Positions 1 to 13,961 of a DNA stretch of 64,000 bases are shown here, piece after piece. The position numbers and the translations under genes are program-made. The DNA is taken from NCBI GenBank assembly GCA_047967505.1, contig CM106538.1; one strand, 5' to 3'. Position 1 is the first letter of the stretch, and each line of letters opens with the position of its first letter. The stretch comes from Dipteris shenzhenensis. Taxonomy: Eukaryota. The notes under the pieces were generated by a model. The model was not told where the DNA came from. It did no database searches and was given only the letters and a program-made list of their open reading frames with translations.

Positions 1-3000
1 CAATCAAGAGACTTCAGAAAAAGAAAGAAAAGAAGAGCCTAACAAATTAATAAATGCAACTATGCCACCCAGTACACATGACACATGTCAGGCTAGTTCA
101 ACCCCATCAGAGGCCGATCTTCGAGAAGTGCCAGAATACTTCAAGAATTATACTAGTGGTAGTGCACCAATAGCAATGCTAAGAGCACTTAGAGAATTTA
201 AAGTTCAAGAAACCGATAGCATCGGAGAAACTACAATCTATGAGGGACCGACAAAAACACGCACAATAAACCTCCCCTTGAAAGGGGACGAAGAAAAATT
301 GGTTTTCATTGGGAAATAGCTTTGTCACGAAGATGAAACCAAACTCAAAGAACTCCTAATGGAATACCGTGACTGCCTAGCATGGTCATACAAAGAGATA
401 AAAGGAATTTCACCAGAAGTGGTAGTACACACGATACCTATAAGGGAAGGTGCTCACCCTAAGGTATGTTGACCTTATTGCACAAATCCTTAATATGGCA
501 CCATGGTTTTTGATGAGCTGGAAAAACTCCTAGATGCCGGATTCATCTACGAGATAGAGCACACTGATTGGGTTTCACCCATTGTCATTGTACCTAAATG
601 CAACAAGAAGCTCAGAATATGCGTAAACTTAAAAAATGTGAATGCCGCCACAATTAGGGATCACTATCCCCTACCCTTAACAAAAACAATGTTGGAAAAG
701 GTGGCAGGATCCAAAATATATAGCTTCTTGGATGGCTTCAATGGCTATAACCAAGTGCAAATTGCTCCTCAAGACCAATCAAAAATAGCATTTGCTACAG
801 AATGGGGTATTTTTTGCATATAGAGTCATGCCATTCGGCCTTTGTAATGCCCTAGCCACATTCTAGCGAGTCATGTATTCTAGCGAGTCATGTTCACAGC
901 TTTCAAGTCATTTTTGAATAAGTTTTTACAGGTGTTCTTGGATGATTTGTGCATCCATTCAAACAAACAAGACCACTTTAAATGTCTTGAAGAAGTACTA
1001 ATCAAATGCAGGGAGTATGGCATCTCCCTAAATCCAACAAAATGCCAGTTCATGGTCACCCACGGAGTTGTTTTGGGACACATCGTCTCTCAACATGGGA
1101 TTGCAACTGACATGGAAAAAATCAAAATCATCATGGAATTGCCTCCTCCTACAAATTCCAAAGGTGTACAGGCCTTTATGGGACATGCCGGCTATTATAG
1201 AAGATTTATATTGTGGTATGCCATGATAGCTTGACCACTTTACAAATTATTAGTGGAGTTCTTATGGACCGAAGAGTGTGACCAAGCCTTTGAGCTTTTA
1301 AAGTGGTGCCTAATCACAGTACCCATCCTTATATCTCCCAATTGGGATATTGATTTTCATGTTCATACTGATGGATCCAAGTATGCAATTGGGAGTGTGC
1401 TTTGTCAACCTGGTAAACATAAGAAAAACTACCCCTTCTACTTCGCCAATCGACAACTCAATGATGCAGAGATCAACTATACAACCATAGGAAGAGAAGC
1501 CCTAGCAATGGTGTATAGTGTAAAGAAATTTTGGCACTATCTACTAGTAAATGATTTTGTCTTCTACACTGACCATCAAGCATTGCTTTATCTTGTGAAC
1601 TGTCCATGTACCACAGGAAGAATAACCAAATGGCTCCTCTTGCTTCAAGAATTCAACTCCAAAATAGTGGTCCGCAAAGGTGCCCAACACTACATTGCCG
1701 ATCACATGTCTCGAGTCAAGTCGGGAGAAGAAGCCACTAGAGTAGAAGACGACTTACTAGATGCCACACTATTTCAAATAGATGTTGTTCCAGAATGGTG
1801 CGGGGATATCATTGGGTACTTGATGGTAGGAAGACCACCCCCTGACATGAAAGCAGTAGATGCCAAAAAATTGATTCTAAAGGATGCACCCTATCAACTC
1901 ATTACAGGACAACTGTACAAGATGGGCAAGGACCAGATCTTAAGAAGATTTGTAATGCCTCATGAGATCATGCCAATCCTGAGTGAAGTCCATGAAGGCA
2001 TTACAGGAGGACACTTCCAAGGGGAAGCCACAATAAGAAAAGTTCTCCTTATAGGCTACTAGTAGCCAACACTGTGGGCAGATGCCTATGAATATATAAA
2101 AGGCTGTGATATATGCCAACGGACTATTAAGCCACAACACAAAGACTTCAATCCCCTAACACCAATTGTTGCATAAAAACCATTTGAAAAATGGGGGATT
2201 GACTATGTGGGTCCCATACATCCAATAGCAAAAGGAACACAGGCATGCTACATCATTGTGGCCACTGATTACTTTACAAAATGGGCTGAAGCTAAAGCAG
2301 TCAAAAAGGCAGATGCCAGAAGCACAGCAAGATTCTTATATGAAAATGTGATCACCCGATTCAGATGCACCATTGAAATTGTGTCAGATAGAGGCCCTCA
2401 TTTTGTCAATGAGGTAATCCAAGAACTCTTGTCTGGCTTCATGGTAATCCATAGAAAAAGCACACCCTACTACCCCCAATGGAATGGACTAGCAGAATCC
2501 ACCAACAAAATAATATGCATTATCCTCACCAAGGTAGTAGAACCACATCGTTCTGATTGGGCAGAGAAACTGAATGCTACCTTATGGGCATATAGAAGCA
2601 CATTCAAGGTTAGTACAGGGAACACATCTTTTCAATTGGTGTACGGCCTTGAAGCTATGGTCCCACTCGAATTTGTAATACTAAGTCTACGCATTGCAAT
2701 ACAGGAATGCATGGGTGACCATGAATCCTTGAAAGAAAGGCTCTATCAGTTGGAGAAGCATACAGAGACAAGACTAGTCGCCTACCATGCCATGACAATA
2801 GAAAAACGTAGAAGAAAGGCATGGTTTGATAGAAATCTGAAAACTAAAGACATCAAGGAAGGTGACTTAGTCCTGTTATACAATGCCAAAGTACACAAGG
2901 GAAAACTGAAGTATCTAGGTCAAGGACCCTATCGAGTACAAAAGATGAATCTCATTGGAGCTATGTTGCTAAAGCGCTTTAGTCAACACAATAGTAAACG

Positions 3001-3055
3001 GGAGCCAACTAAAGCGCTACTACATCAACATGCAAGCCATCCCGGACAAAAATGA
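1..3055 (+). mobile_element. Decayed Ty3/gypsy pol (RT-RNaseH-integrase), runs off the left edge
   Basis: Successive ORF pieces carry RT motifs (WVSPIVIVPK, LRICV, FLDGFNGYNQ, VFLDDL), RNase H (HTDGSKYAIGSVL, NYTTIGREALA) and integrase (GGHF, IVATDYFTKWAEA, IVSDRG, GLAESTNK). Domain order is gypsy-type; several stops and frameshifts. Confidence 0.95.
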
Positions 3056-3421
3056 AGATTTGGGAAACCAAGTCTTCCTTAGTTAGGATTAGATTGTATC
3101 ACGAGCACTCACTAGCATATGCACGTTTTTGCACATATAATTTGCACTAGATTGTTACATGCACACTCACTGGCATATGCACGTTTTTATCATTTAGGAA
3201 GACCTAATCAATTTCGTATTAGGGATGTTTGAGTCTTAGTTTCCCTATTAAATCCCACAAATAAGCATATAGTTAGACACATCACATGCACTCACATGAT
3301 TTTGCATAGGCACATAATAGATTGCATCAATAATAGTATCACACACTTTCATTCCATACTCTCAAAGCATGCAATGAATTCACAAGCAGTACAAGAAGCT
3401 ATGCTAAAAATTAAGATGAAT

Positions 3422-3682
3422 TGGCAAAAGAGTCTACAGCCTCCGCAACGAGACCCCCGCCAAACATCACAGCCGTCTCCTATATGCAAAAATATCAGAC
3501 TTGCATACTAATTATCTACAAGCTCAATGATACGGTTGCAATCGCATCCAATATGTATGCAAGATAGCAAGAAATGCCAACCTCAACAACGAGACCCCCG
3601 CTAAACCTCTTCCCAAGAAGATTAGATGGCAGAGTCTACAACCTCAGCAATAAGATCCCCTTTGAAATTCACAGCCGTCTAC
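3422..3682 (+). repeat. Three imperfect copies of a motif (AGAGTCTACA-CCTC-GCAACGAGACCCCC...CACAGCCGTCT) in the post-pol region
   Basis: Copies near 3422-3478, 3581-3607 (partial) and 3627-3680. Confidence 0.7.
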
Positions 3683-3894
3683 CCCTCTTTATGAGAAGAT
3701 AAGCTTCTTGACTACAGACTACAAATTGTATGATGCAAAAGCATTACAGCAGGAACGACTCGCATGCCACAAGCTAAACAGCCACTGGATTACGCACATG
3801 GCATCCCAACTCTGAAATCAAAATAAGCCATAACCCGAGGATAAGTAATAAAATGGGATCTAGGACTATGTTGACTCTGTGCCAACATGAACTT

Positions 3895-4126
3895 ATGTAG
3901 AAAGAGAATGTGATACAACTTTGTGTTACAACTTTGTGATACAACTTTGTGATACAACTTTGTGTTACAACTTCGTGTTACAACATTGTGTTACAACTTC
4001 TACATGTAGAAAGAGAATGTGTTACAACTTTGTGTTACAACTTTGTGATACAACTTTGTGTTACAACTTTGTGATATAACTTTGTGTTACAACTTTGTGT
4101 TACGATTCCTGCATGCAGAGAGAGAA
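3895..4126 (+). repeat. 13-bp minisatellite (TGTG[T/A]TACAACTT) organised in a 109-bp higher-order unit
   Basis: 7 monomers at 3909-3999, an 18-bp spacer at 4000-4017, 7 monomers at 4018-4108, and a spacer variant at 4109-4126. Confidence 0.95.
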
Positions 4127-4139
4127 GCTCTCCAACTTG

Positions 4140-4470
4140 TATAAATACCCCATAATGGAATGAAGCCTATACTCTTTGGGGCATTGTGTTGAGTCTACTT
4201 TGGTATTCCAAGCATTTGTCTCAAGTGTCCATGCTTCCTTGCACTCCACATCCAAAAGCATGTCTTAACCTTGCAACTCCTCCTCCCTTCTCCTCCAACC
4301 TTGCAACCCACCCTCTCCCTCTCCTCCTCCCTCCTCCTCCTTCCTCCTCCTCCTCCTCCCTCCTCCTCCTCCTCCTCTCTCGTCCTCCTCCTTGCTCCTC
4401 CTCTCTCCTCTCTCTCCTTTCCCCCATGCTCTTACACCTTCTTTCTCTCCCACTCCTATGCTTCCCCTAA
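4140..4470 (+). promoter_or_regulatory. TATAAATA followed by a (CCT)-rich pyrimidine tract, probably the promoter/R region of the gypsy 3' LTR
   Basis: TATAAATA at 4140-4147, directly after the minisatellite and downstream of pol; CT-rich run at ~4275-4470. LTR ends not located. Confidence 0.4.
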
Positions 4471-5500
4471 ACCCTTTGTTCCTCATCCCTTAAACTCCAT
4501 GATCTATGAGGGAGATGAGTTCTCCACCATGTACTCTACCTTGAACCTTGGGACCTCCTTCTCACCTTGGACTCCTAAACCCTACAACTCCCAATGAAGG
4601 CGAAAGCCTTCATTACCTCAATCATGATGATACACGTTCCTTTTACACATGCATGCACTTTGTTTGCTTACCCCACTTAAGCCTACGTCTCTCACTGAAA
4701 CACGACTCGAGGTCCTAAGCTACATGTATACTACAATCGACAACTCTAATATATTTGTAATTGACAAAAAGCCTCGGAACCCTGTATACTGAGAAAACCC
4801 AACTCTTCCTACGAAAGCAGTAGGAAAGAGCTAACAAGCTATCACCCAAGAAGTTACACTTACTATCCACCACAAATTATGACAACTCTGCAGCAGTAGC
4901 AAATTCACACTTGAAAGCCTACCACGAATCATGACATCTTTGCAACACACACAACTCCTAAAATAATCACCGCCATTGCCACATGTCATGCACGTGATAG
5001 AATGCATTAAAAAACCAAATTTGATACCATGTAGACATGCAAACCTTGCCACATGTTCTCTAGAAAATGTTTTGGGTGTGATGTCCCTAGGCCCCACCCC
5101 ATAGCAGCCCACGTAGCTCTAGAGTCTCTAAAAATTTCCTTGAGAGGGGATGACTTTACAGGGATCAAGAAGTCAACATATCCAAGGTTCTTCGTAGGGT
5201 AGGAATGATTATGGGATGCACCCTTCTCTATACACATGATGTTAATAGTGCACGGCCTCCTTTATTTTCCTTTATATTCAATGGACCACTCCACATACAC
5301 AAGGGTTGAAGGCCACCACCTCCAACACCCCTGCCTTTTTTATGTTCAATGAGGTTTACTCCAGTTGGATTTTGACTCTTTTAAAGCCACAAGAATAGTA
5401 CTTAAGGCTAGCCCCTTGGTGCTTGGGTCTAGGGAAATATTTTTCAAACCCTTCTCTTTAGGTTTTGACCCTATAGAGGAGGACAAGTAGTTAACCTCTT

Positions 5501-6124
5501 CATGAAATATCTGTCAATTGACTTCTAGCCATGATTAGAGAATCTTTTGAAATGGTTATAGAGATCCCTTCCTCCATTGTTTACCCTCTTCCACAATAGA
5601 GGTGATTAGATTGGATGGTATTCCAAAAGTTGGTGTCATTGTGTCTGACCTTGACATTATTCTCTAGCATCCTCATGTCTCACTTTTTTGACAAAGAGCT
5701 AAGATTATGCTGTAGCATCCTCATGGCATGCTTGTTTTATAGAGAGTTGAGATTGTAGGTAGGTAGGATCTTTGGGTATGCGAGACTCTTGAGCATTTTA
5801 CTAGAGATTGTCCAAGTAAGAGTATCATGAGATATATATGTCAATCTACTTCTAGCCATGATTTGAGAATCTTTTGGAATGGTGACAGCATTCCCTTCCT
5901 CCATTGTGTACCCTCTTCCACAATAGAGGTAATAGATTGAATGGGCTTCCCAAAGTTGGGGTCATTGTGTCTGACCTTGACATTATGCTCTAGCATTCTC
6001 TCGCTTTTCTAACAAATAGTTGAGATTATGCTCTAGCATCGTCATGGCATGCCTGTTTGACAGAGAGTTGTAAAATCACTATCGAATAAGACTTGAGCAT
6101 TTGACTAGAGATTTTCCAAATAAG
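5501..6124. repeat. Diverged tandem duplication, period ~325 bp
   Basis: 5501-5821 vs 5826-6124 share blocks such as ACTTCTAGCCATGATT, TACCCTCTTCCACAATAGAGGT and GTCATTGTGTCTGACCTTGACATTAT. Confidence 0.9.
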
Positions 6125-6788
6125 AAGAAAAGGCCCAAGAACTCTTCTAGGTGTGGTACATCCTCGTCCTTGTCAGAGGGTTCCATCATTGAGACCTCCT
6201 ACACATCTAGCATACTCTACACATTCCACACCTACTATCCCACATTGGGTTGTAGTTAGAGTTGTGCACCTCCACCACTTGCTAATCAAAAGTCCCCTTC
6301 TCTTGTCTTGAACCCAACTCTAGTTGCAACCAATGACATCCCATTTTTGGTGGCCAACAATGATTTGCATGACCCAATTCAAGTCACAGCTAGTGATGCC
6401 TCCAACCCAATTTTAGTAAAGGCCAATTATGATGTTCTTTTACACTGTTTTCCAGGTCTTGTCCTCCTATTTGAGAAGCCCCCTTTTTATTTGTGTTATA
6501 CACACCCTTTGTTGATTGAGGGAGGAGTGGCTCCTACCTCCTCAACTCTTTTTTAGGTAGGGATCCTATGGACTTCGGCATCGTGCTTGGTTCAAAGGAG
6601 CTATTTCTCTCCTCTGGCTGATTTTGGAAAATAGTTTCTCATTTGTTATGATGCATTGTGGCTAAGAAACTATGTATGCATTGTTGCTAAGAAACTATGT
6701 ATTAGTGTGATTATAGCATACCACTATTTTATAAAGATTATGTATCAATTGTTTTAGTCTCATAGGCCATTTGGCCTTTTAGAGACGT

Positions 6789-6791
<3 letters not shown>

Positions 6792-6835
<44 letters not shown>
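6792..6835. repeat. (TC)n microsatellite
   Basis: Pure dinucleotide run. Confidence 0.98.
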
Positions 6836-6838
<3 letters not shown>

Positions 6839-7070
6839 TCCTCATCATTTTTCTCTCTTACACCTCACCTCCTTTTTCTCTCGTATCCATTCTGTCATCT
6901 CTCGCCCCCCTTCAATTGATGGAACCTACCCTTTTGATAGATCTCAGGTGGGTGTAGAAAAATGTAAATACTGTGAGTAGTGCCTTGTCAGAAGACCTTG
7001 TATATAAGAGAGTAGATGTGAGGTGTTAAGCTCATCATGTTGCATATGTAACAATTGTGTGTGTAGAATC

Positions 7071-7365
7071 AGCTGAAGAGACATTTGTATCTTTATTTTC
7101 CCAAGGGGCCTAGTAATGAAAGGACATCTTCCATCAATTATTTGAGTAATTTATTCTTTCTTTTGTGTTCTTCATTTTCTAAGTAACACTTTTACTCTCA
7201 CATGTTCTCTGTAACTAGTGTGTGGGTGGAAAATAGCTAAAGAGCCATTTGTATCTTCGTTTGCCTAAGGGGTTGAGTAATGACACACCATCTTCAATCA
7301 TTGATTTGAGTGCATTACCCTTTCTTTTCTTTCCTTCCATTTCTAAGTAACACTTTTACTCTCAC
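7071..7365. repeat. Direct repeat of ~130 bp, period ~163 bp
   Basis: Both copies contain CATTTGTATCTT and end in TTTCTAAGTAACACTTTTACTCTCAC. Confidence 0.85.
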
Positions 7366-7969
7366 TCGTGATGTTTCATCCATTCATTGCATATGCCTAG
7401 CACTTGTTTCGGACAACACACATCTTGGCAATCTACCTCCCTTACTTATAAAAAATGCAAAGAAATCTAGACAATCCAAATCAAGTGCATGCCACCACCA
7501 TTCAGGCATAATATTTGGTGATTGTGTTGGTGAAGGAAGTGTGGTTTGCACTAGATAACCTAGTGATGGGAACAATGTGAATTAGCTCACTGTGAACGTT
7601 GGAGAGAACAATACAAAAACTTGTTTGTAGACAAAGATATCAACAACAAACAGACAAGTGTTTAGTGAGAATGGAAGCCCAATTGAATTGACTCTTGATG
7701 GTGAATGAAGAAGAGACCAAACCAAGAAGAAAAGTGAGTGGACCAAGCAAGTCACTAGATATGACGCTGAATGAAGAGAGGAAGAAGGGGAACACCAAAA
7801 GAGTCAAGACCCCACACCTCAAGGAGATTCATGAGAATTCTAGCAAGAACCAAGAAGCGGACCTCACAAACCCCACAAGGGCAAAGTTTGAGTTCAATAG
7901 TACGAGTCATTATGGAGATGTTTGGTGGAAGGCCACTTCCAAGTCCCCATAAAGATACAAAAGCAACAA

Positions 7970-8310
7970 GGGGACAAAAGATAAGGATAAACTTCTAAAC
8001 ATACATGGGACGAGAGGGAGAGAATCCTAGATCCCATGTGCATTTTTTTTGGCTAATAGTAGCAATTTTGAAAGCCAATGTAGAGGAAGAATACTTGAAG
8101 TACTTCCCCACCACATTCATAGACAAAGCCATTGACTAGTTTGATCGATACCTTAATAACAAGATAATCACTTTGCCACATGGACAAATTGAAGGAGGCC
8201 TTCTTGAGCAGGTATCAACACGAGCTTAGCAACAAAAAAGTCCTGCTGAAACTCAACAGAATCAAACAAAAGGTGAGTGTATCAGTGCACGACTTTGTGA
8301 TGTGATTGAA
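7970..8310 (+). mobile_element. Ty3/gypsy gag remnant
   Basis: Frameshifted translation YLKYFPTTFIDKAID*FDRY ... ATWT-LKEAFLSRYQHELSNKKVLLKLNRIKQKVSVSVHDF matches the retrotransposon gag pattern W..LK..FL.R......L..IKQ...SV.DF. Confidence 0.7.
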
Positions 8311-9719
8311 AGTGCTGAACGATGTGCAAGAAGAAACAACATTGTGATCCTAGTTGTTGAGTGGTCTCATCAACAATGTAGAGTTGTGCAACATTTAGAT
8401 CACGTCATCGTCACCAAGGTGAAACATTTAAGCAACCGCCTATGCCCACCACCTCGAGAAGATGTAGGAGTGGAAAGCAATTCTCACATTTGCTTAGGTG
8501 AAGAAGAATTCTTGTTCATGGAGTTTGATGGAGGTTTTCATTTCCATTAGGAGTTGTACGGTTCAAAAAGGGTTGAAAGATTAAAGCATGCTATCACACA
8601 TTGATAGTATTTATGGAGCATGGACACTAAGAGTGAGAGAACCCAAAGATTTGGGTGTCTTTTCATTATGGGAATTTGTACATTCCTTGGCCTTGCCATA
8701 ACATGTGGTAAGGATTTTCTCTCTCTGTGACATATGTTGAGCATGTGCTAAGGAATTCTTCTCGCTAGACCACTTTTCCATATCTGTTTAAGAAGTATTT
8801 TGGCTATACCTATCCTATTAGATCTATTGACTATGCTTGCGAACACATTGATCAATATGCTTGTGACCCTTGATGACATAGAATTGACGCTCTCCAAGTC
8901 CAACATTAAGAAAGGCATAGAACCACCAGAAATAAGCCCCATGGGACTAGGCGCCACAACTCTCAAACCAAAACTAGCACGTGTAGTTGACTTAATTGCA
9001 TCAAAAATAGTTGAAACGACACACACACAATCACCCAAGCCAATCTCATAAAGGAATATCCAATTAGAACCGTCCCTAATATCATCAAGTGCCTTGCAAT
9101 ACCATCTTCATTATAGACCACATCCATAGAATAAAGGTTGGATTGAAAAATCTTTAACAGACATAGTGGAACTCCATCTAGAATAATAGATGACAACAGG
9201 ACCATCTCGATGAAAAGACGACCTCTTAAAAAATACACATAATAGATGCAAAGGCAACGCCTGAAGGTTAGAAACATCACTCAAAGATATAGAATGTGTT
9301 TCTGTAACCTAAGAAACAACAAAAGAGAGCAATCAACCCTTGGCATCCATAACGGATACAACATGACTTAGAAAACCAAACAACACAGGAGGTGAAAAAT
9401 CAATCCACACCATTATATGGGAACAAGACATCAGCGTGCAACTCCATAGCTACGTTTGCAAAGCATGTCTTCTTGCTTGTAGAATTGAGCAAAATGAAAC
9501 TCAAACATGCAAACAAGACTCCCCCTCCCCAAAGCGTCCGAGCCGTGTGAGAGATCCAGATGGTTCAAAATGTTTATGTGCCATGGGTATTGCACATACA
9601 CAAGAAAACACACGTCTCACACAACCCAACTCACCTTGCGGATGATCGACAAATGATGCATTGCCGCTTGTTATCCACTTCCTAACAACCCGGTCGTTGA
9701 TGAAAAACCTAGACAAGAC

Positions 9720-10025
9720 AAGTCACAGGGAAACCAAGGCAACCCAGTTCCTCACTAGCCAAATGGGGCTTAGCCAAATAGGAGATGGCGCATAGTGGAT
9801 AGATGATGTCCTTCTAGATGGCGACAAGATAGTGCCATCCCATGAGCGGCGGGCAACCCAGATGTTCCAAGCAGTGATGCTGGACACTCACTCCCATGCA
9901 TTGTCCTAGCTCGCAGATGTTCCAAGCAGTGATGCTAGAGACTCACTCCCATGCATTGTCTTGTCTCAAGGGCAACCCAGATGTTCCAAGCAGTGATGCT
10001 GGACACTCACTTCCCATGCATTGTT
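9720..10025 (-). mobile_element. LINE ORF2 C-terminal fragment with a triplicated ~55-bp segment
   Basis: Reverse complement reads AWE*VSSITAWNIWVA, homologous to VWERVSSISAWNIWVA at 18551. 9785-9830 also aligns to 18647-18691. Confidence 0.75.
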
Positions 10026-10280
10026 GGGCCTCGCGAGGACATAGTCACTTTTAACATCTAGGTGAAGAATTAAGCAGTTGCTTGTCTAACAGGAGAGTCC
10101 AACTTCCAGCCATGTGTGGCTGATCCCCTCATCATCTGTGCCTTCCTATTCACCCACACAAGCCTTGGTTGCAGAGCTAGATTTTGATGCAAACAGGGAG
10201 TGGATCACGACTTTGTCAGCTGGTGAGTTTTGTGATTCTGAAACGGTTGATTGGCGACAAAAAAGTGAAGACCTGCAGTG

Positions 10281-11910
10281 TTTTTTTTTCAAAGAAAAAG
10301 ACTTCTATTAAGTAAGAGCAAAAACCTGCGAGAGCAAGCTCAAAGCAGAATACATCATGAAATCATAAGCATAAATTTAAAAAACCCCCTCAGAGTGAGG
10401 TGGAAAACAACCAAGGCTAAGGCTGAAAGTGCCACCTCAACCCTGTAGTGGTCTCGGAGAAGAAAGGAGAATCCTTCCATTCCCTGAAGAAAGAAGCCCT
10501 CCTAGTTGAGGTTGCATGGGAGTCTCCCTGCATACCCGTCCATACGGCCATCAAAGTATGTACGGTGTCTATCCAGATGTCTATCCAGATACTAGCCAAT
10601 GTGTGCGAGGGATGAACTTGAGTACCCTCCAAAGCCTCTGTGCATCTGACTCTCCAGATATGCTAGGATGCTATGCTCGCTAGAATCTCCCAAGAAGTAT
10701 CCACAGAGGCATGTACAGCTGTAAAAGGAAGGTGTGGTACCACATCCAACGAACAGGACTCAGTTCGATGACGTCAAACCAAAATGGCCCAAGAGGAGTC
10801 AACTCTCTCATAGAAAACCTGAGGTCTTGTAAGAGAAAGCCAAGCCATTGAGCCCCATGTCATAAAAAATGGGGAATGGGCAAAGTGACTGAAAATCCTG
10901 GCTACCCCCATCCAAATCATCCTCGCCTATCTGCAATCCCATAAGCAATGCTGAATAGTCTCCGAAGTAGAAAGGCATCGAGGGCAAGTAGGGTCGGCTC
11001 TGAACCTGGACCTCCAAAGGTTCATTGCAATCCCACCATGGATAGAAAGCCAAAAGAAGATAGTGATCTTTCTATTCCTGTGGGATTTCCAGAGTCTCCT
11101 CCAAAAGCACCTCTGCAGATCTGCAGTGATATCAAAAGTCTCCCAATGAGGAACTCTGGAAGGTCTCCAACCTCTACTACTGAGCTGATATCTCCTGGCA
11201 TTACTGACCATGTAATGAAAGAAGGGGATGCTCTTCTCTCAATGCCCTGCGTCAATCCACTCCCACTCTCCGGGGTCCCACTGCAAATACCTGATGGGAA
11301 CTCCCCCATAGAGCCAGAGCCTCCAAGACCCGGTGGAGAGTAGCCGGGGGTCCGGGTCTAGGAACCACTCTGAATCTGATCCCTGCACCAAAAGACCTAC
11401 AACCCTGATAGGCTGAAAAGTAGACTCAAGCAAGATGTCCTCTGTGGACCTGAGCAATCTGCCACCATCCTGGACACTAAAAACTAAAGCATCCTCCTGT
11501 GCATCTCGAAAGGCCAAAACCTGAAGCGGAACACCGCCTCTCGAAAAAGTACCTGCCCAAGTGGAGGAAGTGAGTGGCATATCATCTGTGTCTACCCAAA
11601 CCTTTGGAAGGGCTGGCTCTATCTGCAAGATCCTGCCTACACTCCCTCTGAGATGTCCTGTCAACCTTGATTTGGTCTCCTCTGGAAGCCTGTGGAAAGC
11701 TTTCCAAGACCCCATAGAAGATGCAGGTCCCCTCTCCCACCTGGACCACTACATGTAGAGTGAGGCACCCAGTGGTCTGTCATGATCATCTAAAATACTA
11801 TCATTCCACATAATGGGTTGCCTATCAATCTCTTCCCGAGAGGAAGGAGGAATCCTCCGAAGAGTGCTTCTGAAACTAGCCCAAGCTTTCAGAATGGCAA
11901 CCATGATGCC
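10281..11910 (-). pseudogene. LINE ORF2 3' half (zf-RVT region) with a short A-tail
   Basis: WRRLWKS..KITIFFWLSIHGGI..CPRCLSTSETIQHCLWDC; A9 on the minus strand at 10281-10289. Confidence 0.9.
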
Positions 11911-13961
11911 TTTTACATAGAGGAGGACCTTACAGAGGCAGCCCTGCAGATATGGGTTTCTCATGTCCAGGGTGGGCAGCCATTTCCATCACGTGTAGCC
12001 GCTGCCCTTTCTGGTATTAGCGACTTCTACCACTCAGTTACTTGTACCAAGAGACGAGATATTCTCAGACGTGAGATTGGTGTTCGCCAGCAGTTGGCAG
12101 CTTTGTAGAGGGAAGAGCAAAAACGGCCTTTAGATGCTTGGATTCAGGAGCGCCTTGCTGCAGCAAGGGCTCATTAGCAGTTATTGCTTGATCAGATGCT
12201 TGATCAGAGAGCAGAGTATGCCTTTCATGCACGGGAGTCCTTCTGGATTCAGATGGGTGGTAGAGTCAATAAACATTTTTTCTCTACTCTTGGCCCTAGA
12301 CATAGTAAAGAGAGTGTATCCCAGCTTATTGACTCACATGGGGTTTTACAGACAGAGCCTGATGATGTCTTACGCATAGCTTCAGATTTCTATGCCACCC
12401 TTCTTACTCCTGATCCTGAGACCCATTATAGAGAGGATGCTAGACAGGCTATTTGGTAGAGCATCCCTGTGTTGGTGAATCCGGGTATGCATGTTCTACT
12501 CGATGCACCTTTCACCAACACAGAGTTCAGGACTGCACTTTTAGCCCTTCACAAGGGCAAGTGCCCAGGTTCGGATGGCCTCACCCCATCTTTTTTCATT
12601 GCATTTTGGGATATGATTGGAGACTATATTACTTCAGCGCTGCAGGCCATTTGGGACTCTGGCGAGATGCCTGGGTTGCTTACAGAGGGTCTCATCCACC
12701 TTATCCCAAAAGGAGATTGCAGAAATTTAGTGTCCCAGTGGAGGCCTATCACACTTCTGGGGACTTGTTACAAGATTCTGGCCAAGGCTATCAGCCTCTG
12801 ATTGCAGCCACTTCTCCCTGATCTTATTCATGATACTCAAACGGGATTTGTGCATGGCAGAAGCATTTTTTATAACATTTTTTCTTTCTGGGAAGCTTCA
12901 GAGTGGGCAATGCAGAGTGGCCAGAATCTTGCCATTCTACTTTTGGATTTTGAGAAAGCTTATGACAGAGTAGATTGGGGTTTTTTGGAGGGCACCCTTC
13001 TGATGCTTGGATCAGAGGTGTTTCCTCTTTGTACAGATCAACCCACAGCCAGGTACTTATTGGTGGGGTAAGGGGTGAGAGATTTCAGATTTCGAGATCA
13101 GTTCGTCAGGGATGCCCCCTTGCTCCTTTCCTTTTTTTGTTCATGGCCGAAGCTATGAGTATCTATGTTAGATCTCAGGCTGACATCTTTGTGCTGAGAC
13201 TTCCCATCAGAAGGGAAGAGGAGCTACTTGACAGTGAGTTGGCAGATGACACAGCAGTTTACTTGGATGCCACTCCACAGACGCTCACTTCTTTCAGGAC
13301 AGCATTGGATTTATTTTGCTTGGCGGCAGGGACGCAGATAAATTGGCATAAATCCAATGGCTTTTGGATCAGTGATGAGGACACTCCAGTGGGGGCTTGA
13401 CATAGGATTCACTTGGGTTCAGAGGGTTGAGCCTATCAGGTATTTGGGCTGCCAGGTCGGCTTGGATATTTCTACCACGCAGCAATTTGCTCCCGTTTTA
13501 GAGAGCATCAGAAGGAAGCTTCTTTTTTGGAGCTCAGCCAAGCTAGATCTTGCCTCTAGAGTTGTGGTGGTCAACTAGGTTCTCTTGGCCACGGCCTGGT
13601 TTGTTTGTTCATGCTGGTGCCGTTCTAGGGACTACATCATTTAGCTCAGAAGACTGATCAGAAACTTTCTCTAGAGTGGGCTTGATGGCACAGCAGATGC
13701 CTTAGCCAGGGTGGCTTGGGAGACCCTCATCCTCCCTACATAGGAAGGGGGTCTCAATATTATTGATCCAGATTTACAGTGCAGAGCTTTACTTTGCAAG
13801 ATGGTGGTGGTGGTGCGGGGACTTATGCCAAGGCAGGAACCGTGGAAGGACTTTCTTATCAGCAGCATACAAAGGTGCACACCTTCTTTAGGAGGAGACT
13901 GGATGAGCAGTGTTAGGTGGATCTTCACCACAGCAGACCTCAAATCACCTTCGTCCCCTGG
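11911..13961 (+). pseudogene. LINE ORF2 reverse transcriptase (inverted 5' part), several nonsense codons
   Basis: KCPGSDGL, WRPITLL, QTGFVHGRSI, LDFEKAYDRVDW, VRQGCPLAPFLF, LADD, RYLG. Confidence 0.95.

Noticed and set aside
3909-4108. CRISPR-like repeat array
   Set aside because: Repeats are contiguous 13-mers without unique spacers, no cas genes are present, and the context is eukaryotic.
4186-4597. Pro/Ser/Leu- and Arg/Glu/Gly-rich ORFs
   Set aside because: Translations of a (CCT)n low-complexity tract.
4831-5237. Possible retropepsin remnant on the minus strand
   Set aside because: Only a vague resemblance (GASHN, KDVMI..VNLLLL); no catalytic motif recoverable.
8547-9716. Several 60-105-aa ORFs
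   Set aside because: No recognisable motifs; probably decayed repeat sequence.
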